64,000 bases of DNA from Podarcis filfolensis (GCA_964270895.1 OZ185440.1); one strand, 5' to 3'. Positions 13,174-25,073 are shown, counted from the stretch's first letter. Translations and numbers: made by a program. The notes: generated by a model not told the origin, from the letters alone.

Positions 13174-14296
13174 GTAGGTTCCTTCTGGTTCTTGTTGGAT
13201 ATCGCTAAGATTTTCGGGTTGTTGTTTTTTTAAAAAAAGTATTGTTCCCAAAAGACTTTATGTAACTTTTGCTTTCAAAAACATGCAACACTTAGGTTCT
13301 TTCCCCACATTTTTACAAAGTTCTATATAACACTTGGTTGTAATAAAACCTCAAATTGGTTTACAAAGAAAGAATAAAACAATAAAAATATCAGTAAAAA
13401 CAAAGAGCTATTTAAAATTTTCAAAAAACAATTTAAAGTCATCGATAAGCTGTTCCAAGAGCCTGCCTGCACAGTACCTGTTAGAGAAAATCTTCTTGAA
13501 CCTGCTAGTGTAAGAGCTTTGGAAAAGCAGGTATTCGCTTGATGTCAAGATATGTGTTCATCAGGCTGTAAAATAGGATATTTGCTAAAGATAACTGCTG
13601 TCCCCATGGGATTGTGCTTTGGCTTTCCAGTATGATCTTTAGGTCTCCCATCTCAGACAAAATGGGGTTTGGAGAACATCTCTTGTGAGCACACAAGGTA
13701 TACCTCCATTGCCTGGGAGACTTTACTCTGTCCATAAGTTATGAACAAGTTCTCCCGCTACGTCATGGTTTACGTAGTAAATAGCAGAACAGTTTGCAGC
13801 AAAATCAGCAAAGGATTATTATTATTATTTTAAACTGCTTGCATGATGCTTTTTTTTCAACCACGGCTTACAACATCCTACACTCCTTTTGGATGTGGCA
13901 TTGGACTTCCCATGTATTGAATGTATTGTTTTCACAGATGTTCATGATTCCCCCCCCCCCAAGTAGGAACGGCAAGGATATTTCCCCCATCAGTAGTTGT
14001 ACCAGCTGATTTTTGAACCTTTAGTTACCATTTGTGGAAAGCAAAATTACTGGGGGGAAAGTATTAGTTAAATGTATTTCTATTACTTTTCACGCATCCT
14101 AACCTAAGCTAATGATATGGGAAGAGCAGGGGGTGGGTTATGTGTTTTTTTAAAGAAACATCTCCATCTCTCGTTACCCTCCTGAGCCAAAATAACCCAA
14201 AATAACCTGCCATTTTACAAAACGTAGGCATTTTTAAGAGCACTTGAAAAACCAGTGCTGACGGTTGTCTCTTTCCCTCTCCTGGTGTTCCAATAG

Positions 14297-14458
14297 ACTA
14301 TAGAGAATGAAGGCAAGTTCTATGACTGTGAGGTGCTTCCATTCATGGAGATTGGAACTGTTGCTCACAAATTCTACCTTATCAATATCCGTCTACCTGT
14401 GAATGAAAGGGAACGCATCAATGTGGGAATTGGAGAAATCAAAGATATCAGTCTAGTG
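14297..14458 (+). CDS. WLS: Wntless coding exon 4 (162 nt; TIENEGKFYDCEVLPFMEIG...IKDISLV)
   Basis: tag| at 14296, |gtaagt at 14459. Confidence 0.97.
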
Positions 14459-16199
14459 GTAAGTGTTCCCTTCAAACTTAAAAGCAACTGTAATTGCTGG
14501 GGTGTCAAAACATTTTGTACAGGATAGCCTTTGGAAGGTGGAGACTCTTAACTTCTGATTTGTTGAATGGAATAAGATAGGAACATTAGAAAGATGGGTT
14601 CTGGTGGCACACCACACCCATCATAATGGGCAACCCTGCCAAGATACTTCCCAAGAATTTTTGTGCCAGCTTTCTTTAAAAAAAAAAAGAAGTGTGTAAA
14701 TCAGTCATGCACACTGCTCTGTTCTAGGGAATTTGGGGTAAGTTAACAGCAAAGTGAGCATGTAATAATCCTGTTTATGCACCTCCAAAATCCATGTGTA
14801 ATAATTCCACTCATGCAAGTAAAGCAGCCCCCCCTTGCTTTTAACCTCCTGTTAACTAATTTGACTGTAAACAGATCAAGAAGCCAGAGTTGTCAACCAA
14901 CAGACTAATAGTTCATTAGTCAACAGGCTAATGAATTAACTTTCTGGGATGTTTTGATTCTGCTTAAAGATTCTTTTTCATGTTAAAACGGGCATTCAAG
15001 AGAACTAAGCCACAGTTTTCTAGTATGAATGAAATAAGCACAGATGTGGCTTCCTGAATCTTGCTTTAAGAAAGACCAGATTACCAAAAATATGAATCCT
15101 TTGCTCTCTGCAAGGAGTGCATGAACTTAACAGCTTCTTCAAAATGAAGTGAGGGTGTATAATTAGGCACTTTGTGTGGAATGCTGTCCCTGCTCAGAGC
15201 CTCCTTGCTCCCTGGGGATTTCTCCCTCTGTCATTGCTCCAGCTATTATCCTCCCCTTCCCCCACTGCATTAACTAGCTTGTCACTTGCTGTGCTAGGAA
15301 TGGCTTTCTTGATTGCCAGCAATTCCGCCTGGCCACCAGCCTTTGCCTGTCACATGCCGTCTGCCTTTGGGTGAAAGTGTGTGAATTCCACTGGAGAAAC
15401 AGGTCTCTGGAGGAACTAAGCGGGGGTGGGGGTGGGGAAGGGATATTGAGAAAAATAGGTATACCAGGACTGGATTACAACTGAGGGTCTTAAGTATGGG
15501 TCTCATTTTGATCCTCTTGTTAGGACTATCTGATATGGAAGTTAATATTCCCCCCATAAAAAATTATTGATGTTTTTCATAATACAATACAATAAAAAGC
15601 TAATCTAAATTGAAAGAAAGAAAAACAAAGTGCAAAGTCTTCTCTCAAAGGTAGATCTTGAACTCTTGTCTCACACAGAAAGGGGTGGGCTCGCCAAGCT
15701 CCTCCTGGGAGCTTTCTTTTCTTCTCCCAGCCTCTCTCCTCCCACCCCAGTATCTTCCCTTTCCTGCCTCTCACACACAGGGTCTTTCACCAGCCAGCCA
15801 TTACCTTCATGTGTGTACAATTCCCTCAGTGACTCAGAGTAGACACACACACACTGAAAAGAGAAGAAAGAAGATAAAAACAATGTAAGAATGAAAGAAG
15901 AAAACAAAGAGAGAAACTACTTCCAATTCTTTGTCGGTTACATATAAAAAGATTATTCAAAATATTCGCTCCAGGATGAAGTTAATCTGCTTGTTACAAT
16001 ATTTTCATGATTAAGCGGCTAATTGAAGAACTTGCTTCATGTGCTCGGCTTCTTCGCAGGGCTTTCTTCCTTCCCCAAATATAGTTGTTACTTGAGCTTC
16101 ACGATGTTTGTTGCAAGGTGTTGTAGTTAATGTCAAATGGATCTTAATGTTGGGAAAGGGAAGAAAGGCAGCGTTTTCAATTTGCTCTCTCTTCTCCAG

Positions 16200-16336
16200 G
16201 GTATCCATCAGAACGGAGGCTTTACAAAGGTGTGGTTTGCGATGAAAACCTTCCTTACTCCGAGCATCTTCATCATCATGATTTGGTACTGGAGGCGGAT
16301 CATGATGATGACGCGACCACCTGTGCTCCTGGAAAA
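16200..16336 (+). CDS. WLS: Wntless coding exon 5 (137 nt; GIHQNGGFTKVWFAMK...PPVLLEK)
   Basis: cag| at 16199, |gtgagt at 16337. Confidence 0.97.
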
Positions 16337-16665
16337 GTGAGTAAAGATAGATGACACAGGTGTAGCCTCCTGAATCTTGCTTTAAGGAGGAATCCTATTA
16401 CCAAAGCTACGAATCCTTTGCTCTCTACAAAGAGTGCATTAAGTTATAGCTCCTTTGAAAAGAAGTCAGGTGGCCAGTGTATAATTAGAGTGTGTGTGGA
16501 GCTCAGAGCTCTCCTCCTTCCCTTTGGATTCCCCCCTCTGGCCTTTCTCCTTCCCCATCCCCAACACTACATTATTAAATTCCTCACAAATTTTTCATTG
16601 GGGTGAATGCAGCAGCAGTTTCTCTAAAAGGGAGCACTGAAAGCACCGTTGTTGTTGTTTTCCAG

Positions 16666-16834
16666 AGTTATCTTTGCTCTTGGGATCTCTATGACCTTCA
16701 TAAATATTCCAGTAGAGTGGTTTTCTATTGGATTTGACTGGACGTGGATGTTGCTATTTGGAGACATTCGCCAAGGAATCTTCTACGCTATGCTTTTGTC
16801 CTTTTGGATCATCTTCTGTGGAGAGCATATGATG
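16666..16834 (+). CDS. WLS: Wntless coding exon 6 (169 nt; VIFALGISMTFINIPVEW...CGEHMM)
   Basis: cag| at 16665, |gtgagt at 16835. Confidence 0.97.
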
Positions 16835-17378
16835 GTGAGTATGATCGTTTCTGGGCATAATACTGTTTGTGTATGTGTGTATTTTTTATTGGCCATGGAG
16901 AAAGTATTTTAAGAGGGTTTTCTTCCCCCTTTCTGTAGAATAAAGGCAGGCAATCAGAAACAGGATGAATATATGAGGGTTTTTTTAGTCCATGGATTTG
17001 AAGCAGATGAGAAGGTAATTCTGTAAGTCGTATCAGGTGGGCAGAGCAGTCCTAACCCTGGCCTGGCAGCAGCAGGGCATGATGGAGCCACATGGCCTCC
17101 ACCACATCAAAAGCCCCACTGCTAATGATGTCTGGGATAAGGGGCTGGTAGAAACCCTGCTTCATTCTGCACTATCCTGGAACTGGGGTGGCAGTCGGGG
17201 CCCAAATTGTGCCAGATGCCATCACAAATGGATCCCGGGTCATCTCAGTCCCGCTTCACCCTCAGAGATGGTGTTGAGGAACTAGCACTATTTCAAAGTG
17301 TGCTTCAGTAATACTCTTCACCTGCTTGAGTGGCACATTGGTTACACAGGTTAAATCATTCTTATTGTTTCTTTCCTA

Positions 17379-17930
17379 CTGGTTATCTCCCACCTTGACT
17401 ACTTCAATGCGCTCTACATGGGGCTACCTTTGAAAGTGACACGGAAACTACAACTAAATCCAGAATGTGGCAGCAAAATGGTGACTGGGAGTGGCCGCTG
17501 AGACCACATAATACCAGTCCTGAAAGACCTACATTGGCTCCGTTTCCAAGCACAATTCAAAGTGTTGGTGCTGACCTTTAAAGCCCTAAACGGCTTTGGC
17601 TCAGTATAAATGAATGAGCGTCTCTTCCCCCATCATACACTGAGATCCAGCGCCGAGGGCCTTCTGGCCGTTTCCTCCTTGTGAGATGTGAGGTTACAGG
17701 GAGCCAGGCAGAGGGCCTTCTCAGTAGTGGCGCCCGCCCTGTGGAACGGCCTCCCACCAGATGTCAAGGAAATAAACAACTATCTGACTTTTAGAAGACA
17801 TCTGAAGGCAGCCCTGTTTAGGGAAGTTTTTGATGTTTTATCTCTTCTTCTTCTTCTTCCTCCTGTATTATTATTATTCTGTTGGTAGCCACCCAGATGT
17901 GCAGGGTGTAAATAATAAATTATTATTATT
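17379..17930 (+). mobile_element. 5'-truncated, frameshifted L2-clade LINE 3' fragment
   Basis: ORF2 C-terminal remnants (LDY.NALYMGLPLKVTRKLQL, DHI.PVLKDLHWL, RAFSVVAPALWNGLP) followed by simple-repeat tail. Confidence 0.85.
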
Positions 17931-17980
17931 CCTGCTACCCATTTGCAAATCATTCTGTTGTCTCCTAATTTTATTTTTAG

Positions 17981-18078
17981 GATCAGAGTGAACGAAACCA
18001 TTTCTCCGCTTACTGGAAACAAGTTGGACCAATAGCTGTGGGTGCCTTCTGCCTCTTTGTCTTTGACATGTGTGAGAG
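17981..18078 (+). CDS. WLS: Wntless coding exon 7 (98 nt; DQSERNHFSAYWKQVGP...DMCER)
   Basis: tag| at 17980, |gtaact at 18079. Confidence 0.97.
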
Positions 18079-18373
18079 GTAACTGGAGACTTTGTATTTT
18101 TAAGAGGGTTCACATAATCTTAATGTGTTTGGTTTTAGTTTTTTTTAGTTCTAAAAAGCGGCTTATGATAATAAGAAAATTATTAATGCCAGAACACTGT
18201 TCCAGCTGTAAATGTTCTTTGAATTTTTCCAATATATAGAGTCAAGCTTTGCTTGCATGAAACCAACAGAGCACTGCTCTGCCTCTGGTTCTTCCAGATC
18301 TCAAGGGGAATTGCTGCCTTATTGTATACTTTGCCGTGTGTAATTAAATCTTCTTGTTCCTTTCAATTTCCAG

Positions 18374-18437
18374 AGGGGTACAATTAAAAAATCCGTTCTA
18401 CAGTATCTGGACCACAGATGTTGGCACTGAACTGGCT
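18374..18437 (+). CDS. WLS: Wntless coding exon 8 (64 nt; GVQLKNPFYSIWTTDVGTELA)
   Basis: cag| at 18373; ends at the U12-type donor |gtatcctt at 18438. Confidence 0.96.
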
Positions 18438-18870
18438 GTATCCTTTCGCTGTTCGCATCAACAAAAGCTGTGTGTTTTGCTTGTCATAGGGTATTGGGAA
18501 AGGGGCTGCATTTTCTTCAGGGACTTTCTGAACATACTGAAAAACCTGTTGACATGGACAAACTGATAGGAACTTTTCACATAAATATTATGGACCACCT
18601 CTGGTATCCTTTGAATGTATTTCATGAATTTGGCAATTGATTTGATGATGAGGCACCTTTCTGTGGGGATGTTACTAGACAAGAAACAAGCATGTTGTTG
18701 GTTGTCTACCCAGGTAGCTAGTTGGAGGACACAAAAGTGACTAGACTTATCAAGCTACAAGGGCGGTGATAAAAGTTGAATGGCTTTGCTGTGCTTTTAA
18801 GCTTGCAGACTGAATCAGGAACAGGTAAACTTCAGGCTTGTGGAATCCACTTGCTTTTGGGGTGGGGGTA

Positions 18871-19112
18871 CAGTGGTACCTCGGGTTAAGAACTTAATTC
18901 GTTCTGGAGGTCCATTCTTAAACTGAAACTGTTCTTAACCTGAGGTACCACTTTAGCTAATGGAGCCTCCCACTGCCACTGCACCGCCGGAGCACGATTT
19001 CTGTTCTCATCCTGAAGCAAAGTTCTTAACCCAAGGTACTATTTCTGGGTTAGCGGAGTCTGTAACCTGAAGCGTCTGTAACCTGAAGCTTATGTAACCC
19101 GAGGTACCACGG
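18871..19112. mobile_element. Tc1/mariner (Tigger/pogo-like) MITE, copy 1
   Basis: TIR cagtggtacctcgggtta / taacccgaggtaccacgg, flanked by TA on both sides. Confidence 0.92.
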
Positions 19113-19243
19113 TATTCTTGTTTGGGTTATTTTTGCTTGAACCTTAAGGTTTGCCAACCATACCTGCTCAAGAGAGCAGACATACACTGAGAGTTAAGGG
19201 CCAGGTCACATTCTCAGCCCAGCAATCTTGTTTCTAGCACAAG

Positions 19244-19575
19244 AAGGTGGCGCTGGGGTCTAAACCGCTGAGCCTCTTGGGCTTGCTGATCAGAAGGTTG
19301 GCAGTTCCAATCCGCGGGATAGGGTCAGCTCCCATTGCTCTGTCCCGGCTTCTGCCACCTAGCAGTTCGAAAGCATACTAGCGCAAGTAGATAAATAGGT
19401 ACCACTACTGTGGGAAGGTAAAGGACATTTCCATGTGCTCTGGCTTCTGTCGCAGTGCCCTGTCGTGCCAGAAGCGGTTTAGCCATGCTGGCCACATGAA
19501 CCGGAAAGCTGAGCACCGCAACCCATAGTTGCCTTTGACTAGACTTAACTGTCTAGGGGTCATTTACCTTTACCT
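19244..19575 (+). mobile_element. Sauria SINE (Squam1), near full length
   Basis: ggtggcgctggggtctaaacc head, cctagcagttcgaaagca..gtagataaataggtacc core, (TTTACC)n tail. Confidence 0.9.
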
Positions 19576-19904
19576 GTTGTAGCACAACAGCAGAAATCCA
19601 CTCCCTACCTCCCTCCCATGGTTTTCCCTACCATGCCTTTTGTTTCTGCAGCCGAACTTTTTGTGCAGCAGGCTTGTTGTTACTAAGCAATTGGGAGTCT
19701 GAGCCAATCTGCTGGAAATTTCCCGGAGTTCTTCTGGATCTCCTTTTGTCCTCATGCTGCTTGTCTTTGTGTACCTCCCCTCCTGTTTTTATATTTTTAA
19801 ATATTTTGTTTTTCTGGCATGCCTGTGAACCTAAAAACATTTCTGCTGAGCTTGCTCATTTTTGGAAACTGCATGCCTGGGCCAGAAGCACTTTCAAACG
19901 GTCG

Positions 19905-20319
19905 CTAAATTCTTACAAGGCTAATGTTCTTCTCTGGCTGCATTGCACCCGCAACCTGGGACCGGGCTGACTGGTCTTTATCTTCTCTAAGGCCAGACCC
20001 ACCTCTCCTGGCCTTATGGCGAGCACTCCTCCTGGGAGAAACCAGTTCCCTTCGACTCTCTGCCCTGAGCCTCTGCAGTTCAGGAGAGGCTGAAGGGTTA
20101 CTGGACCCAGGGGGAGACTCACCTGTAGGCACTGAGTCCTCAACCACCTCTGGAGCCAGAGTGGATTCACCTGGTGCCTGCTCCTGGGGATCCAGCACAG
20201 GTGCAGGTGCTTCAGAATCAAGGCCCTGCCCCAGTTCAGCCGGCCCTGGAGGCGGGGACTCCTGTGCAGGCTGGGATTCCTCCGGTTCAGCCTCTGAATC
20301 GGATTCCCAGGCCATCACA
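19905..20319 (-). mobile_element. LTR-like element starting TGTGATG and carrying an acidic/basic ORF; far boundary uncertain
   Basis: Minus strand begins TGTG-ATG-GCC-TGG at 20319; ORF MAWESDSEAEPEE...RRELVSPRRSARHKARR; no TSD confirmed. Confidence 0.55.
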
Positions 20320-20371
20320 GTTGCTGTCTCCGCCTCGTGTGTATGTCAAGTAACTTAACTTTACTGCTCAG

Positions 20372-20515
20372 ATGGCATTTATTATCGTTGCCGGAATATG
20401 CCTCTGCCTCTACTTCTTGTTCCTGTGCTTCATGGTGTTTCAAGTGTTCAGAAATATCAGCGGCAAGCAATCCAGCCTCCCAGCAATGAGCAAAGTGCGC
20501 AGGCTTCACTATGAG
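20372..20515 (+). CDS. WLS: Wntless coding exon 9 (144 nt; [20 protein letters not shown]...RRLHYE)
   Basis: cag| at 20371, |gtaagg at 20516. Confidence 0.97.
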
Positions 20516-21470
20516 GTAAGGAGCCTGAGCAGTAATGTCTCCTTTTTAAAAGGCCACTTTGCATCAATATTCTGATCAGGTTACTAGTGAATTGTAACCA
20601 AAGAGCAGAGCTTGTTTTGCCACTAACAAGGGCTTCACGGGGAGAAGATACAGGATGGTTTTAACAGTGCCAAGTCTGGACCTGGTTGAAAAACCACTGT
20701 CCTGGACATTACTGAAGGCATTATTCTCCACACACACCACAAAAATACCCACCTGATTGCACAGAAACTACAATCCTGGGATTCTGCAAAGCAGAATTTC
20801 ACAAAGAGAAGAGTTGCAGTGGCGAATAAGCTTTCCCAGTGAGTGATTTCCATTGTGCTGCAGCTGCTGCTCAAACCATTGTCCCGGGAGCCCCTTCCCC
20901 TTCCTTCATTCCTTGGCCATGCTTCTCAAGCTTTGCATTGGTAGCGGCTGGTAGGGCAGTGTGGGAGCTCAGTGTGATGCCTTCCCAATGTGGGTGTGTC
21001 GCTGCCCATTGTAGAGCAGGGAGGCAGCAGGTAGCGCAGTGCAGACACAGCAGAACCATTTGGCTGCTCCCCTCTCGCTCACCTGCCCTCCTCTATTGGT
21101 AATGGGCAGCAGCAGTGCATTGGGAAGCCAGGGAAGCCACACCACCCTGCCCTGTGCTGGGTGAAAGGTCCAGCACTTGCCGTGGTCATCTTATAATCCC
21201 TCTCTTCTTACCTTCCATCAAGATGCTGCCAGGCAGCAAGGGTTAAACATGCTGTATGTTGAATGCTCACCAAGCCAAAGCTTTAAGGGTGGCAAGCAAA
21301 ACAAAGGCTTATCCCATCAGAAGAGATCAGGATATTGACAGCAAAGTTCTTTGAGACTAAAGGTGCTGACCTGACAGTCTCACTCTTGCTTGCTTTCCCA
21401 GTAATCTTTGAAATATTTGAAGCTATATTCCCCCCAAACACACACTTGTTATGTTTCTTTGTCTCCCTAG

Positions 21471-21554
21471 GGGCTGATTTTCAGATTCAAGTTCTTGATG
21501 CTAATCACATTAGCTTGTGCAGCCATGACCATAATATTTTTCATTGTCAGTCAG
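21471..21554 (+). CDS. WLS: Wntless coding exon 10 (84 nt; GLIFRFKFLMLITLACAAMTIIFFIVSQ)
   Basis: tag| at 21470, |gtgagt at 21555; completes the YEGL endocytic YxxPhi motif across the exon 9/10 junction. Confidence 0.97.
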
Positions 21555-22287
21555 GTGAGTATCCTAAAAATGACTTTCCACAGAGGTGTTTCCCCCCCAA
21601 AAAAATTCTACGTGGTGGTTGGGCTGCGGCCTTTTAAAACCCACTGGAGAAACTTTATGGTGCTTTTGGGTAAGGGCTTTCATCTGGTCCTTCACTAATT
21701 ACCTGTTGGAATCAACAAATAACCTTTGCATTCAGGATTGGGGTCGCTTATTCTTCCGAGACAAGACTATGTGCATTTCCCCCCCTGAATTTGGAGCTTT
21801 AGCCATGTAGCGGAGACGTTGGAGAGCATGGGCGAATGGGGCCTAGAAGTGCTCCCCTATGAAACATTTACCCACACTGCATTGCTTCCAGGGGCAGCAC
21901 AACGCATTGTGCCGCCTGAAATGGGGCCCCTACATCTCCTCCTGCCCCCAGCTGGCAAAACTGGGGGTACTCCACTCTTCTCCACCTGCTTGCTTGCTGC
22001 TGACAAAGCACAGATGCTCCCTTACTAAGAAACCGCTCCTTCTTCCAAGTGACACACTGCAGCCAATGTCACCCGGAAAGCGCCAGTGCCTCTGCTGCTT
22101 TGCTGCAGTGGCGATAAATTACAGTTTGAAACGCCGTTAAGGGAATTTTAAACTGTAACATGCCATTGGCTGTGCTGCAGATGACGTCACCTGCCGTTTG
22201 TTAAGGGTGCTGAAAGTTGTTTGAAGACCTTTCCTTTTCCCTTCACACAGCTACAATTCCCATAATTCCCTGGGAAGAAGGATTGAC

Positions 22288-22551
22288 CGTCAGCAAAAAT
22301 TTTCAGCAGGAGGCCAGTCCACTGTCCCTCAGACCTTGCGGGGGCGGGCGGTAGACTATATTTTGAAAATAAAAATAAAAATGAACAAATTCCTATGCCC
22401 TACAAATGCATTTTAAATAAAAGATGCATTTTAAATAAAAGGACACATTCTACTCATGTAAAAACAGGTTGATTCCCGGACCGTCCACAGGCCGGATTTA
22501 GAAGGCGATTGGGCCGGATCCGGCCCCTGGGCCTTAGTTTGCCTACCCATG
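22288..22551. mobile_element. hAT MITE of the 10435 family with a damaged left end, nested in an older repeat
   Basis: Internal identity with 10435-10687; right end gtttgcctacccatg. Confidence 0.8.
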
Positions 22552-22922
22552 GTTAAGACACTCTTTTAAGAAGTGTAGTTCTGTGAGGGGAATAGAAGTC
22601 TCCTAACAACTAACTATCATGTGAGTGTGGCTGTGGTGCGTGGCCAGCTCTGCAGGTGTCAAATGCAGTTCCACTGCCTGAGCCACGTGGCCCATCATGG
22701 TTCAAGATAGGATTGGCCCTGTTTCCTTTTCTTCTAGTCATTGTATGTAGAGAAAGCAAACCAGTAAGGTCACGCCTAGGAATGAGGACTCTGGAAAAGG
22801 AATGGGAGTTGCGATTTCCAACACAGAAAGGGCCGTTTCTCTAAGGGTGTGGTTGGGATTTGTTTGTTTTTCCTGCTTGCTCTGTTCCTCACTTGGTTTT
22901 ACCTTCTCTTTCTCCTGGGTAG

Positions 22923-23076
22923 GTGACTGAAGGCAGCTGGAAATGGGGTGACTACACCGTCCAAGTGAACAGTGCCTTTTTCACAGGGATCTACGGGATG
23001 TGGAATCTTTACGTCTTTGCTCTGATGTTCTTGTATGCTCCCTCACACAAAAACTACGTCGAAGAGCAATCGAACG
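22923..23076 (+). CDS. WLS: Wntless coding exon 11 (154 nt; [20 protein letters not shown]...EEQSN)
   Basis: tag| at 22922, |gtgggc at 23077. Confidence 0.96.
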
Positions 23077-24122
23077 GTGGGCAGTGGCTTGGGTTGAAGT
23101 CACCTCACTATTTTTTTTTAGAAGACGGGGGCTTCTGTGTGTTTTAAGTCTGGGTATCCTCTCATTGGTAGCCTAGTTGTATTGGTAGCATGGAGTTGTG
23201 ACTGCTAATGAATGTTCCTATTTTGAGGGTAGCCGAGGAAAACTTACATTGCGGTTTGGGGGATCATTCTGCCTCCTGTTCTAATCATGAAGGCTTTCCC
23301 ATAGGCATTGGGAGAGAACAGGATGCTAGACTTAGATGAGCCACTGACCTGATAAAGCAGGCTCTCTCCTATGTTTCTTTGAGTGTAAGGTGTGGGGAAG
23401 TTGTTTGGTAATTGCTGGTCGATCTCCGGGTGATGGGCAGTGTCGCCACCAAGGCAGTGGCAAAAAGGCTTTCTCTCCCATGCCCCACCCCTTCTAAAGG
23501 AGGCTGCTGAGATGGTGGGGGGGAAACCAGGAGTTGATATTTTTGTGACAGAACTGTTATGTCCCTGTACAGAAAACAAAATCCTGAGCTGAGCATGTAT
23601 TCAGACAGAAACCCACTTTTCCTTTAGTGACATGTAGGCCTGTCCTAAAAAGTTAGTTGCCAAAAGCATTCAGGGCTACAAACTGTGATTAAGTCCATGC
23701 TGGTTTGGTATTTGAGGTATGCTATTTCACAACTGGTTCTATTTCACCTCAAAAGTTTTAGTTAAAATAGTAGATCCCTTTAACCTAAAGTCTGCCTGTG
23801 CCCAGTTGTGGCTAGATCATTGTGACCCAGAAATGGCATGTGGAATCACCTCTTTTGGCTTGTACTGATCGTGTGGACTGATCAGTTTAAGGATGTGTTC
23901 TTATGGACCAAATCCTGCCTCAGACAGAACTCTCAAAGGCAATTCCTGAATTAAATCTCTGCTTTAAAGTTTGATGCAGACTTTTAAAAAGGTGTTCCCT
24001 TACTGCCAGCTTTTCAAAAAGAATATTCTCTTCCAAAGGCCTCATGGAGGCCTGGTCCGTGACTGTCCTCATGCCAAGACTGAGCTTTTGTCTGAAACAT
24101 GGCTTTATTTTATTTTTTCCAG

Positions 24123-24232
24123 GAGACCTGGGAGTAAACAGCGGAGAAGAGCTTCAGCTCACTACCACCATAACCCACGTGGACGGACCGACAGAGGTTT
24201 ACAAACTGGCTCGCAAGGAAGCCCAGGAGTAA
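24123..24232 (+). CDS. WLS: Wntless terminal coding exon 12 (GDLGVNSGEELQL...RKEAQE, stop TAA)
   Basis: cag| at 24122, TAA at 24230-24232; exons 2-12 total 1520 nt, which implies 541 aa if exon 1 contributes 106 nt as recalled for human. Confidence 0.97.
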
Positions 24233-25009
24233 CCACTAAAGCAGGACTCATCAGGCACAAACTGTGGGTGACACATGGAAAGGGTGATGATCTGTGTCTA
24301 AAATCATCCCTAAAGTGCCTGGCACTGACGGGGCATTTTCACGGAACGGTGGCAACCTGGTGGAAATGCTGCTTTGATAGTAGTGTATCTTTCTTTTGAC
24401 TTTTTTCCCCCACGACACTCTTTAGTTTGTCTTGGGTGTTAACTGCAGAAGGTGGGGTGGGGGATGATTGAGAGTGAGAATTGATGTATGGAAAGGAGAG
24501 GTGCCCGTTTCCATGTAGGACCTTTGATTTAATACCTTACTCATTACCCACACACCTGCTGCTCCTTCTGATATAGGGACATGATTGGGAAACAGAGTTG
24601 GAATACTTTGTGCTTCCCCAAGTCAAGGTTTTTTTATTCCACACTCCCAAAACCTACGTTTAGAACCATTTTTTGCTTTTTATTTATATCACACGTAATG
24701 GTTAACATTTACATGCTTTAATAAGCACATTCATGACTTCTTTTCTAGTCTAGTATAAAACTACTTTTTGTAAAGTTTTGGTACAAATAAGGTCATTTCA
24801 GCTTTAATTCGGGCTATTTGTGTGCAAGTGCGGGTGTACGTGCCTGCGTGCGTGCTGTGAATACTAACAAGTCTATCTGGTGTAGATATCTTTTTATATG
24901 CCCCAAGAATCCCTGTTTACTTGTATGATACATAACCCACGAAGGTGAAAGGGCTGTTCGTGTGCACTGTTTAATTCTTTTGTTCTGTTTCTATTCCTTT
25001 TCTTTTTTA

Positions 25010-25073
25010 AATAAATGCTCCATGTAACTTGGGGAATACTGTAGATTTTTTTTTTTTTTATACTATGAATAAA
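25010..25073 (+). terminator. WLS: WLS polyadenylation signals AATAAA at 25010 and 25068
   Basis: Two hexamers ending an about 0.8-kb AU-rich 3' UTR, followed by U/GU-rich downstream sequence. Confidence 0.7.

Larger units (their letters stand above)
18438..20371 (+). other. WLS: U12-type (minor spliceosome) GT-AG intron 8 of WLS, 1934 nt
   Basis: 5' splice site GTATCCTTT; branch-point-like TAACTTAAC at 20351-20359 with the branch A about 14 nt from the exon; no real polypyrimidine tract. Confidence 0.9.

Noticed and set aside
23077-23147. Read-through of the weak WLS intron 11 donor giving an alternative C-terminus
   Set aside because: No supporting evidence beyond a short open frame; needs RNA data.
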